Assembly: GCA_964408485.1 (NCBI GenBank)
Contig: CAYOZJ010000002.1
Coordinates: forward strand, 5,235 to 69,234
DNA: 64,000 bases
From: an uncultured Gammaproteobacteria bacterium
GTDB taxonomy: Bacteria > Patescibacteriota > Microgenomatia > Levybacterales > UBA12049
Direction of reading: 5' to 3'
In this document: in pieces, positions 9,647-18,013 of the stretch
How the letters are laid out: every line of letters starts with the position of its first letter
Position numbering within the stretch: position 1 is the stretch's first letter
Position numbers and translations under genes: made by a program
Notes under the pieces: generated by a model
Databases searched by the model: none
The model's input: only the letters and a program-made list of their open reading frames with translations
What the model was told of the DNA's origin: nothing

Positions 9647-9798
9647 CGTATTATCGCTGTACCACCTTACTTTTATCTCAAGTGCTCCGTTACCGACACA
9701 CTTTTGTTCTATTACGGGAACTTCCCGACTGGTTCTATTTATCCCGCTCAGCGGGACGTTCTTCCAGTTAGCTCCGGACGTTACTCCATCTTCGCTCT
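9603..9798 (-). promoter_or_regulatory. putative T-box riboswitch leader (tRNA-sensing transcription attenuator)
   Basis: Promoter TTGACA (9828..9833)-17-TATACT (9805..9810) lies on the minus strand, followed by a roughly 190-nt leader. The T-box-like sequence AAGUAAGGUGGUACAGCG (9655..9672) matches 15 of 18 positions of the AAUUAGGGUGGNACCGCG consensus. GUAAGG can pair with CCUUAC, the 5' half of the terminator (antiterminator helix A1). The 7-nt bulge UGGUACA matches the canonical UGGNACC. Confidence 0.4.
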
Positions 9799-9835
9799 TG
9801 TTATAGTATAGCTTTTAAGAAAATGGCTGTCAAAC

Positions 9836-10348
9836 TCATAAAAATTCAAGTTTTTTCGCAGGTTCGTAATTAGGATCAATTCGTAACGCCTTACCTAAGT
9901 ATTCTTTTTCTTTCCCTCTATCCCCTAATCGATATGCCAAAACAGCAGCCTGAAAATATGCGTCCCTATATCCTGGATATTTTTGCGCAACACTTTCCCA
10001 TGTCTGCATTTGGCTATTTAATGTCTGTCTTTGTGCTACAACCTGCCGCAAATCATTACTTTTTTCAATTAAACCAATTATCTGCCAGAGCGAGACAACC
10101 CCAAGAATACTAATAAAGGCAATAAGAAGAATGGTCTTTGGAGAAAAGGTAAGATTTGATAAGGATTCGGGAATGTTACGGGGAATATTCGGTAATTTAA
10201 TCTTCTTAGACTGCTCTTTTGGAAAAGGCTGCACATTTGTTTCCTCTACTAAAATAACTTGAGCTCGTTTAATATATTTTCCCCGAGGTTTTCCCGACTT
10301 TTTACCGACCCTTTCATTATTCTTGGTAAAGAAGCGCTTTTTAGCCAT
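9836..10348 (-). CDS. membrane-anchored TPR-like repeat protein (hypothetical)
   Basis: 170 aa. Basic N-terminus, one TM helix (ILLIAFISILGVVSLWQIIGLI) and a C-terminal TPR-like helix pair (AYFQAAVLAYRLGD...ALRIDPNYEPA). Confidence 0.4.
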   Translation of the reverse strand: MAKKRFFTKNNERVGKKSGKPRGKYIKRAQVILVEETNVQPFPKEQSKKIKLPNIPRNIPESLSNLTFSPKTILLIAFISILGVVSLWQIIGLIEKSNDLRQVVAQRQTLNSQMQTWESVAQKYPGYRDAYFQAAVLAYRLGDRGKEKEYLGKALRIDPNYEPAKKLEFL

Positions 10349-10357
10349 GAATCTATT

Positions 10358-12628
10358 CTATGCTTTTGGCCAAGAAGTGACAATAAGAGGCTTATCTGAT
10401 ACTTTCATTTGGGAATAAATCTCCTCTGTTACAAACGGCATAAATGGGTGCAAGAGCTCTAAAATAGTTATATAGATATTCGCAAGTACTGTGTAGGAAT
10501 TCTCATCCACCCTTTCTTTTACTTCTTCTATGTACTTATCTGCAAATGTGTGCCAAGCAAATTCATAAAGCCTTTCTGCTGCTAAATTGAATTGATATTT
10601 TTCTAAATATTGAGTGATTTCTCGCACAAATGTTTTTGTCTCCTCAACCATATCTTTATCTGCCTGAGAAACAGCAAACGAACTTAATTCATGCAGCTCA
10701 ATTTTCTTTAGCTCTCCCATTCCTTCTGGTTTTTTCATTTCCAAAAATCTGGCCATATTCCACAGCTTATTGGTAAATTTTCGTGCAGCGTCAAGTTTTG
10801 CATAACTCATTGCCTGGTCATTTCCAAGTCCTGTCCCATATACCAAAGCAAATCGCACGCTATCTGCGCCATACTGATCGGCAACTTCCAACGGATTAAC
10901 AACATTTCCCTTTGATTTACTCATTTTCTTACCCAACGGATCATTTACGAGTCCGTGGAGCACAACATCTCGAAACGGAACGGTCTTTTTAAGTTTTTCT
11001 ATGTCTGTTTCGTGCTTACCGTTAGCAACATAAAGTCCAAGCAAAAGCATACGGGAAACCCATGCGCGCAAAATATCATATCCTGTCTCCATAACCGATG
11101 TTGGATAGAATTTTTCAAAATCTCCAGGCTTACTTGTTCTGAGCGTTACGTACGGCCATTGACCTGAAGAAAACCACGTGTCAAAGGTATCTGTTTCTGG
11201 TAAATACTGCTTACCCTTTTCTTTTTGATCTTCAAAAACAACTTTGGCTGTAATTGGCGCAACGATAGCCTGAAGTCCTGAAAGAATTTCCTCAAATGAA
11301 TGCCTCTCGAGTGCTTCCTCAAGCGTCCCTTTTGTGTGCCGTTTTTCTTTATTAATGAATGAAACAGTAAATTCTTTTGGAGAATGCACCTCATACCATA
11401 CAGGAATTTGAATTCCCCAGACATTTTGTCTAGAAATATTCCAGTCCCTAAGTCCGCCGTACCATTGCTTAAGTATTGTCACAAAATTCTGTGGATATAT
11501 TTTAACCAATCCACTATTTACTGCCTTTTCTGCATTCTCAATAAGTGGCTTTACTTTTACATACCATTGTTCAAGAGGAAGTGGTTCTAAAACAGTTTTA
11601 CATTTGTAACAAATCTTGATAACCATATGGTGCGGTTCTGTTTTTTCTAGAAGTTTTGCCTCCTCTAAGCGTTTAACAATTTCTGTTCGTGCTTGCTTTA
11701 CATAAAGCCCGTCTAAAATTCCCTTTGTATTTACCATTTTCCCATCGAATCCAATAATTGGCGGGTAGGATAATTTGTGTTTTTTTGCTATATCAAAATC
11801 ATTAAAATCATGAGCGGGAGTTACTTTTACTGCGCCCGATCCAAACTTAGGGTCCACATAATCATCTGCAATAATAGGAATCTCTCTTTCAACAAATGGT
11901 AAAATAACAGTTTTACCAACAAGTTTTTTGTATCTCTCGTCTGTTGGATTTACCATTACCGCTACATCTCCTACAAACGTTTCTGGGCGAGTAGTAGCAA
12001 TAGTAATAAATCCGCCATCTTTTAAAGGAAACTTTATGTAATACAAAACTCCTTCTCTTTCCTCACTTACTGCTTCCAGATCTGAAAAAGATGTTCCATC
12101 TCGTGTACAATAATTAACTAATCGATAATCGCGGTAAATAAGCCCATCGTTATACATTTTACGGAATGTATCCTTAACAATTTCAACAATATCTGGATCT
12201 AAAGTAAATTTTTCTCTACTCCAATCTAGTGAAAATCCAAGTCTTTTAAGTTGTTTTTGAATTCCTCCCCTATTTTCCTGTACATACTCCCAGATATGCT
12301 TAAAAAGTTCGTCGCGGGAAAAATCAAAGCGGGACTTTCCATCAAGTTGTAATTTTTTTTCATATACAAATTGTGTTTCTGTTCCTGCATGATCTGTGCC
12401 TGGCAACCAAAGTGCACTATCTCCAAGCATTCGATGGTAACGGATAAGAATATCTTCGACAACAAACATTGCATGACCAAAATGCAAATCTCCATTGGCA
12501 TTAGGAGGAGGAAGAATAATTGAATACGGTTTTCCATCAGGATTTGTCTCAGGCTGAAAGTATCCACCCTCTTCCCAATTTTTATAGATTTTTTCCTCTA
12601 CTAATGTATGGTCATATACTTTTTCCAT
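10358..12628 (-). CDS. valS: valine--tRNA ligase
   Basis: Class I HIGH (PPPNANGDLHFGHAM) and KMSKS (KMSKSKGN) motifs. RDWNISRQNVWGIQIPVWY matches the ValRS editing-domain junction. The start is set at the second ATG (MEKVYD), which sits 6 nt after a TATAAT. The ORF tracker extends to 12646. Confidence 0.85.
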   Translation of the reverse strand: MEKVYDHTLVEEKIYKNWEEGGYFQPETNPDGKPYSIILPPPNANGDLHFGHAMFVVEDILIRYHRMLGDSALWLPGTDHAGTETQFVYEKKLQLDGKSRFDFSRDELFKHIWEYVQENRGGIQKQLKRLGFSLDWSREKFTLDPDIVEIVKDTFRKMYNDGLIYRDYRLVNYCTRDGTSFSDLEAVSEEREGVLYYIKFPLKDGGFITIATTRPETFVGDVAVMVNPTDERYKKLVGKTVILPFVEREIPIIADDYVDPKFGSGAVKVTPAHDFNDFDIAKKHKLSYPPIIGFDGKMVNTKGILDGLYVKQARTEIVKRLEEAKLLEKTEPHHMVIKICYKCKTVLEPLPLEQWYVKVKPLIENAEKAVNSGLVKIYPQNFVTILKQWYGGLRDWNISRQNVWGIQIPVWYEVHSPKEFTVSFINKEKRHTKGTLEEALERHSFEEILSGLQAIVAPITAKVVFEDQKEKGKQYLPETDTFDTWFSSGQWPYVTLRTSKPGDFEKFYPTSVMETGYDILRAWVSRMLLLGLYVANGKHETDIEKLKKTVPFRDVVLHGLVNDPLGKKMSKSKGNVVNPLEVADQYGADSVRFALVYGTGLGNDQAMSYAKLDAARKFTNKLWNMARFLEMKKPEGMGELKKIELHELSSFAVSQADKDMVEETKTFVREITQYLEKYQFNLAAERLYEFAWHTFADKYIEEVKERVDENSYTVLANIYITILELLHPFMPFVTEEIYSQMKVSDKPLIVTSWPKA

Positions 12629-12643
12629 ATTTTTATTATATCC

Positions 12644-12673
12644 CAAAAATGAAAAAACCGCCTAGGAGGCGGT
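12644..12673 (-). terminator. intrinsic terminator between the regulator gene and valS
   Basis: Minus strand reads ACCGCCTCCTAGGCGGT, a 6-7 bp stem with a 3-nt loop, followed by TTTTTTCATTTTT. Confidence 0.5.
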
Positions 12674-12762
12674 TGTACATGATGTAACCGCCTTCCCTAA
12701 GAAGCAACGACTACAACGACAACTTGTTTTATCATACATGCATTATACTTCAAAAGAAGTTT

Positions 12763-14064
12763 TTAAACAATTAACTTATATCCTCTGGTCCTTACAGTCA
12801 CAATTTCCATATTCCCCATTTTCTTTAATTTCCCCCTAACCCGTGCAACAAGCCTATCTACAGACCAGTCAGAAACACCGTACTCTTTATATTCCGGCCA
12901 CACAATTTCAACAATTTTTTCTCTATCTACTACTTGGTTAGGAAATTTCTTTAGGAGTTCAAAAAGCATATGCTCTTTTTTACTAAATTCAATCACACTC
13001 TCATCAAGACGTTTCTTTCCGCTTCCTTCAACAAAAAGTTCAAACAATGGACTAAAAAGTCTTACTCTCCCCTTTTCCTCCATGACAAATCCTGTATTCC
13101 ACAGATACTTTCCAGCTTCTCTTTCTGCCTCACTAATCTTTCTTTCTTCATATACCTTTTTGGCAATATCCTGCTCCTGACGAGTCAAGCTTTCCCATAA
13201 TTCCTCTGACTGAAGTGCCACCCGCTCATCTGCCTCTATTGCCGCAACAACATCTTCCTCCAAAAGTATCTTTTTCTTGAGTGACAGTTCATGCAACACA
13301 ACAAGAGATAACTGCAGATACTGCGCGTGGCCTCCAGACAGATCGATAATAAGCTGTCTCAGAGGCAATGGAACAGAAAGATCATACTTGTCTGCAAGTG
13401 TTGTAAAAAGAGTATCCATGTCTCTTGTCTCTGCAGGATGCAGATACATGGTTGTAGCAAAAGAGGACATATTTTGCTTTGGGAAAGTGTCTGGCGCAAG
13501 CACATCAAGTTCTCTATAAGAAGTAAAGACATACGAAAGTTTTTGATTTGTTGCGTCCTGCAATGCATGGAGATTGTTTAGAAATCCAGGATTTACTGCA
13601 TCTTTAAGGCGATCAAATCGAAGAAGAAAAATAGTAGGATAAATTTGTGCCTTAACAAGCTCAGCGAGAGACTCTCGTACGCCGTCGAATGTTAGAAATG
13701 CATCTCCTGACTGAATGCTTGCAACAAAGAGGTCGTTAATTTTTTGTTTTATTTTTGTATCCAGAAGTGTATTTTCTACTGCATCAACTAGTCGCTTAAA
13801 GGTGAGTCGCCAAAAAGGAAAGATTTCTCGTTCTATCAAATTGTTCAAGTCAACGGGAATAAAAAGATTTTTTCCATCTTGTGGCAAATAGAGCCTTCGA
13901 ATGTCTTTGTGGTAAAGGAAAAACCTGAGAAAATTACTAATGCCAACTCGCTTCATACCCAACAACTGCACGCTTTGTCTGTGTTGAATATGTGTCCCTA
14001 AAACTTTTGCGTCTTTCTCGCGAAAAAGTAATGGGTACTGCATTTCTGTGACATTTGCTTCCAT
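12763..14064 (-). CDS. transcriptional regulator with C-terminal OmpR/PhoB-type winged-helix DNA-binding domain and an N-terminal degenerate P-loop-like domain. Paralog of 38397..39764.
   Basis: The C-terminus (LFELLKKFPNQVVDREKIVEIVWPE...SVDRLVARVRGKL...IVTVRTRGYKL) is a trans_reg_C-type wHTH. The N-terminus (SVQLLGMKRVGISNFLRF) aligns to SLQLISLPGAGRNFVLNL of the paralog. It is Walker-A-like but lacks the Lys. Confidence 0.5.
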   Translation of the reverse strand: MEANVTEMQYPLLFREKDAKVLGTHIQHRQSVQLLGMKRVGISNFLRFFLYHKDIRRLYLPQDGKNLFIPVDLNNLIEREIFPFWRLTFKRLVDAVENTLLDTKIKQKINDLFVASIQSGDAFLTFDGVRESLAELVKAQIYPTIFLLRFDRLKDAVNPGFLNNLHALQDATNQKLSYVFTSYRELDVLAPDTFPKQNMSSFATTMYLHPAETRDMDTLFTTLADKYDLSVPLPLRQLIIDLSGGHAQYLQLSLVVLHELSLKKKILLEEDVVAAIEADERVALQSEELWESLTRQEQDIAKKVYEERKISEAEREAGKYLWNTGFVMEEKGRVRLFSPLFELFVEGSGKKRLDESVIEFSKKEHMLFELLKKFPNQVVDREKIVEIVWPEYKEYGVSDWSVDRLVARVRGKLKKMGNMEIVTVRTRGYKLIV

Positions 14065-14177
14065 GTTGGGGCTATTATAGCTTTTTTACCTTTTATTTAC
14101 CAATTTGCTTTGTCTGGGAAAAGTCAGAACACTTATCTTGTCAGACTTATTGAATTCAACTATACTGACACTACTCT

Positions 14178-15206
14178 ATGCCTAACGATAATCTCCTAAC
14201 CACAGTAAAACAGCTTCTCTCACCCGGAAAAGGTCTTCTTGCAGCCGATGAAACAGTAAAAACAACTGACAAGCGCTTTGCGCTTATTCAGTTGGAAAAC
14301 AATGACGTCACGAGGCGAGAATTTCGAGAAATGCTCCTTACCGCAAAAGGTTTGGAACAGTATATTAGCGGCGTTATTCTATTCGATGGAACGATACGTG
14401 ACTCCGTGGATGGAAAATCATTTGTTGATATTCTTAAAGAAGAAAAAATTTTGTCGGGAATAAAGGTCGATCAAGGCCTCTCGCCTACTCCAAATGGTGA
14501 AAATGTAACACTAGGAATTGCAGACCTCGATGCCCGACTAAAAGAATATGTGAGGCTAGGGGCAACGTTTTGCAAATGGCGCTCTCTTTTTCTTGTAGGC
14601 AGCGCAACGCTAACCCCGATTAAATCGGGGCCAACAGACGAGAACATACTAACCAATGCACAAGGAATGACCCAATATGCACTTCTTTGCCAGCAAAATG
14701 GTCTTGTACCAATTGTTGAACCAGAAATTCTTATGGATGGAGACCATACGCGGGAAGAAGCTGGAGCAGTAAGCGAAAAAGTATTAACAGTACTTTTTAA
14801 TGAGTTGGCGAAAGAAAATGTCTACCTTCCAGGACTTATTCTTAAAACAAGTATGGTACTTAAAGGAAAAGAGTCTACACAACCGGAGACTTCTCAAGAT
14901 ATTGCTCAAGCAACTCTTGAGGTATTTAAAAAAGTTTTGCCAAATAATTTGGGTGGTGTTGTTTTCTTGTCCGGCGGACAAAGTGAATTACAAGCAACAG
15001 AAAATCTACAGGCAATTCGTACACTTGACTCTCTTCTCTTCCCCGTTACCTTTTCCTACTCACGCGCCTTGGAAGAAGGTGCCATAAAAGTCTGGCAAGG
15101 AAAACGGGAAAATATCCCCACAGCACAAGCAGTACTCCTTCACCGCGCAGAAATGAATAGCCTTGCATCGTTGGGTAAATACACTCCAGATTTAGAAAAT
15201 AACTAA
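14178..15206 (+). CDS. fba: fructose-bisphosphate aldolase, class I
   Basis: 342 aa. The GKGLLAADETVKT N-terminal signature of class I FBA and the Schiff-base lysine region. Confidence 0.85.
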   Translation: MPNDNLLTTVKQLLSPGKGLLAADETVKTTDKRFALIQLENNDVTRREFREMLLTAKGLEQYISGVILFDGTIRDSVDGKSFVDILKEEKILSGIKVDQGLSPTPNGENVTLGIADLDARLKEYVRLGATFCKWRSLFLVGSATLTPIKSGPTDENILTNAQGMTQYALLCQQNGLVPIVEPEILMDGDHTREEAGAVSEKVLTVLFNELAKENVYLPGLILKTSMVLKGKESTQPETSQDIAQATLEVFKKVLPNNLGGVVFLSGGQSELQATENLQAIRTLDSLLFPVTFSYSRALEEGAIKVWQGKRENIPTAQAVLLHRAEMNSLASLGKYTPDLENN

Positions 15207-15224
15207 ACATGCTATAATGCGCAT

Positions 15225-16418
15225 ATGATCGCACATGGACTAAATATTCCAACAATTGAAGATGAACCAATTATTGGTAAAACAGTTTTGGTCAGGGTTG
15301 ATTTTGATGTTTCCTTTAAATCACTCCATAAAATAGCCGACGATACGCGTCTTCGAGAGTCCTTAGCAACCATTCTCTATTTACTCAAACACCGCAACAA
15401 GTTAATTCTTGTCTCAAAACTCAATAGACCTGAGAAGCGGGATAAAGATCATTCTATGCACTTAGTTGCAGCACGCCTTAAGCACTATCTTCCGTTACAT
15501 AAAATTACTGTTGTTGATGATTTTTTGGATCCAAAAGAAAAATCTATTTTTGAAAAACAACAACCTCATGAAGTGTTACTTTTGGAAAACATTCGGTTTT
15601 ATAAAGGTGAGAAAGAAAATGACCAAGATTTTGCCAAAAAATTAGCGTCTCTTGCAGATGTCTATGTTGTTGACGCGTTTGCCATGATGCATAGAAAAGA
15701 AGCAAGTATCGTCAGTGTCCCAAAATATCTTCCCAGTTTTGCAGGACTCCTCTTGGCAAAAGAAGTTGCATCAATTGCAAAAGTCTTAAAGCACCCAGAA
15801 AAACCATTTATTGCAATTGTTGGAGGAGCAAAGATTCCAGATAAACTAGCGTTTTTAAGTAAGCTTATTCAAATTGCAGACTACTTACTTATTGGCGGAG
15901 GGATTGCTAACACATTTCTTTTCGCAAAAGAAGTTGAAATCGGAGAAAGTTTAGTGGATAAAACACAAGTAGAGCAAGTAAAAAAACTTATTGCATTGGC
16001 CAAAAAAGAGAAAACAGAGATTGTTTTGCCAACAGATTTTATTGGTGTTAAAAAAGGGAAAAAGGACGAGCGCGCTGAAAAAGCAGACGATATATCCAAG
16101 GACTTTGAAATTTATGATATCGGTCCTGAAACGTGGGCTCTTTTTGGCAACATAATTAGCAAAGCAAAAACAATTGTGTGGAATGGTCCGATGGGAAAAA
16201 TTGAAGAGGAACGATTTGCTCGCGGTACTGATTTCGTCTATTACTCTATTGCTGACAATGATCAAGCATATTCATTAGTTGGTGGAGGTGATACATTGGC
16301 TGCAATTTCTAAAGAAGAATATTTAGATAAAATAACACATATCTCAACCGGCGGCGGCGCAATGCTCGAATTTATAGAAAATGGAACCCTTCCAGGGTTA
16401 CAAGCCCTCAAAAAATAA
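15225..16418 (+). CDS. pgk: phosphoglycerate kinase
   Basis: 397 aa. The N-terminal substrate-binding region (GKTVLVRVDFDV), WNGPMGKIEEERFA and ISTGGGAMLEF. TATAAT lies 6 nt upstream of the ATG. Confidence 0.9.
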   Translation: MIAHGLNIPTIEDEPIIGKTVLVRVDFDVSFKSLHKIADDTRLRESLATILYLLKHRNKLILVSKLNRPEKRDKDHSMHLVAARLKHYLPLHKITVVDDFLDPKEKSIFEKQQPHEVLLLENIRFYKGEKENDQDFAKKLASLADVYVVDAFAMMHRKEASIVSVPKYLPSFAGLLLAKEVASIAKVLKHPEKPFIAIVGGAKIPDKLAFLSKLIQIADYLLIGGGIANTFLFAKEVEIGESLVDKTQVEQVKKLIALAKKEKTEIVLPTDFIGVKKGKKDERAEKADDISKDFEIYDIGPETWALFGNIISKAKTIVWNGPMGKIEEERFARGTDFVYYSIADNDQAYSLVGGGDTLAAISKEEYLDKITHISTGGGAMLEFIENGTLPGLQALKK

Positions 16419-16438
16419 TCCTCTGCTATAATAGCTTT

Positions 16439-17140
16439 ATGGCAACAAAAGAACATGCACAGCAAATATTTGCTGCATTAAAATCCCACTACCCTCATGC
16501 AACAATGATACTTACCTGGGAAAATAATTTTGAACTTCTCGTTGCCATTATTCTCTCTGCACAATGTACTGACGTCAAGGTAAATGAGGTAACGACAAGA
16601 ATCTTTCCAAAATACAAAAAAGAATTTTCCAACTTTGCATCACATTACGCCAACTATACACGAATTGACTTACCAAAAGAACAAATTACAGAACTCGTTA
16701 ATTTCGCGCATGTCCCCTTAGCAGAACTCGAACAAGATATTAAATCAACAGGCTTTTATCACAACAAAGCAAAATCAGTGCAAAATGCAGCAAAGAAAGT
16801 TTTAGAAACTTTTAATGGCATTCTTCCTCGCTCTATTGCCGAGCTAACAACAATTCCTGGTGTTGGTCGAAAAACAGCAAATGTTTTCTTAACTAATGCC
16901 TACCACATCGATGAAGGCATTGCCGTTGACACTCATGTTATAAAGCAATCTCTTGCATTAGGTCTGACAAAAGAAAAGACTCCTGAAAAAATAGAACAAG
17001 ATTTAATGAACTTGTTTCCCAAGAGTCAATGGCACCAGCTTACTTATATGCTTATTGAACATGGAAGAAATATGAGAAAAAAACTTTCTGATAGAAAAGT
17101 TTGTGGAAAATCTGATTGTATCCTTTGTTCCAATAGATAA
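16439..17140 (+). CDS. nth: endonuclease III / HhH-GPD DNA glycosylase
   Basis: 233 aa. The HhH-GPD motif (LPGVGRKTANVFL...D) and a Cys cluster at the C-terminus. TATAAT lies 6 nt upstream of the ATG. Confidence 0.75.
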   Translation: MATKEHAQQIFAALKSHYPHATMILTWENNFELLVAIILSAQCTDVKVNEVTTRIFPKYKKEFSNFASHYANYTRIDLPKEQITELVNFAHVPLAELEQDIKSTGFYHNKAKSVQNAAKKVLETFNGILPRSIAELTTIPGVGRKTANVFLTNAYHIDEGIAVDTHVIKQSLALGLTKEKTPEKIEQDLMNLFPKSQWHQLTYMLIEHGRNMRKKLSDRKVCGKSDCILCSNR

Positions 17141-17167
17141 CCATTGCTATATTCTTAAATTATTATA

Positions 17168-18013
17168 TTGCTAAACATTATGAGAAATAATAATTCAACA
17201 ATTCAACAATTTAGCAATCAAGTCTTACCTCTATTCTTAACTGCTATTACCTGCCTTGGTCTTATTCTTCTTTTGCTTAGTTTTATCTATGTACTAAATC
17301 TCTTTCCTCTTGCGGACAAAATTATTCTACAACTTCGCATTGCTGATATTCTTGTTGGACTGACAATTTATCTAAAGACTTCAGTTGATTTTGCCTTATT
17401 TATTGGTAATTTGATGAGCAAATATACAGGCGTAAAAAATCGTATTGCAATAGAAATAGGGACAGCTGTGGGTAACGCGCTGGGAACAATTTTTGTCTTA
17501 ACGATTTGGACGTTTTTTAAAGAAGTGCCAATTCTTATGATTATTATGATTTTACTTGCATCACTTGTCTTGTTTACACTTGCTGAGGAGGGACTTGAAG
17601 AATTTGTAACTCTCCACCCCAAAACATTATTTGCCAAACTACTATACCTACTTAAACGTTTTAATAGACTCTTCTCCCCTGTTTTAAAATTTATTATTCC
17701 TCACGCAACAACAGATACCAAGCTTCACAAGACATTTCTATCACTTTTATTATTTTCCTTAAGCATTCCTCTTATTTTAGGGTTGGATGATTTTGCCGGA
17801 TATATTCCGCTTTTTAATATTGTTAATGTGTTTGGATTTGCCGTTGGCGTATTTGTCGGACATATGATTTTAAATTTGGCACTTTTTGCATCTCCTCGTA
17901 TAACAATAAAGATTGTTAAACAACCAGTTATTGCACTTTTGGGAAGTTTTGCATTTATTGGCATTGCTCTATGGGGAGTATGTGAGGCAATAAAAATTCT
18001 TCAAACACTCTAG
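17168..18013 (+). CDS. polytopic membrane protein (hypothetical)
   Basis: 281 aa with at least 7 predicted TM helices; no motif recognised. Confidence 0.4.
   Translation: MLNIMRNNNSTIQQFSNQVLPLFLTAITCLGLILLLLSFIYVLNLFPLADKIILQLRIADILVGLTIYLKTSVDFALFIGNLMSKYTGVKNRIAIEIGTAVGNALGTIFVLTIWTFFKEVPILMIIMILLASLVLFTLAEEGLEEFVTLHPKTLFAKLLYLLKRFNRLFSPVLKFIIPHATTDTKLHKTFLSLLLFSLSIPLILGLDDFAGYIPLFNIVNVFGFAVGVFVGHMILNLALFASPRITIKIVKQPVIALLGSFAFIGIALWGVCEAIKILQTL

Noticed and set aside
9603-9836. Intergenic structured RNA considered as SRP (4.5S) RNA, RNase P RNA or 6S RNA.
   Set aside because: There is no match to the SRP domain IV consensus (GGUCAGG…GGAAGCAGC) or the RNase P P4 motifs. The T-box-like GGUGGUAC element plus the terminator and antiterminator geometry fit better.
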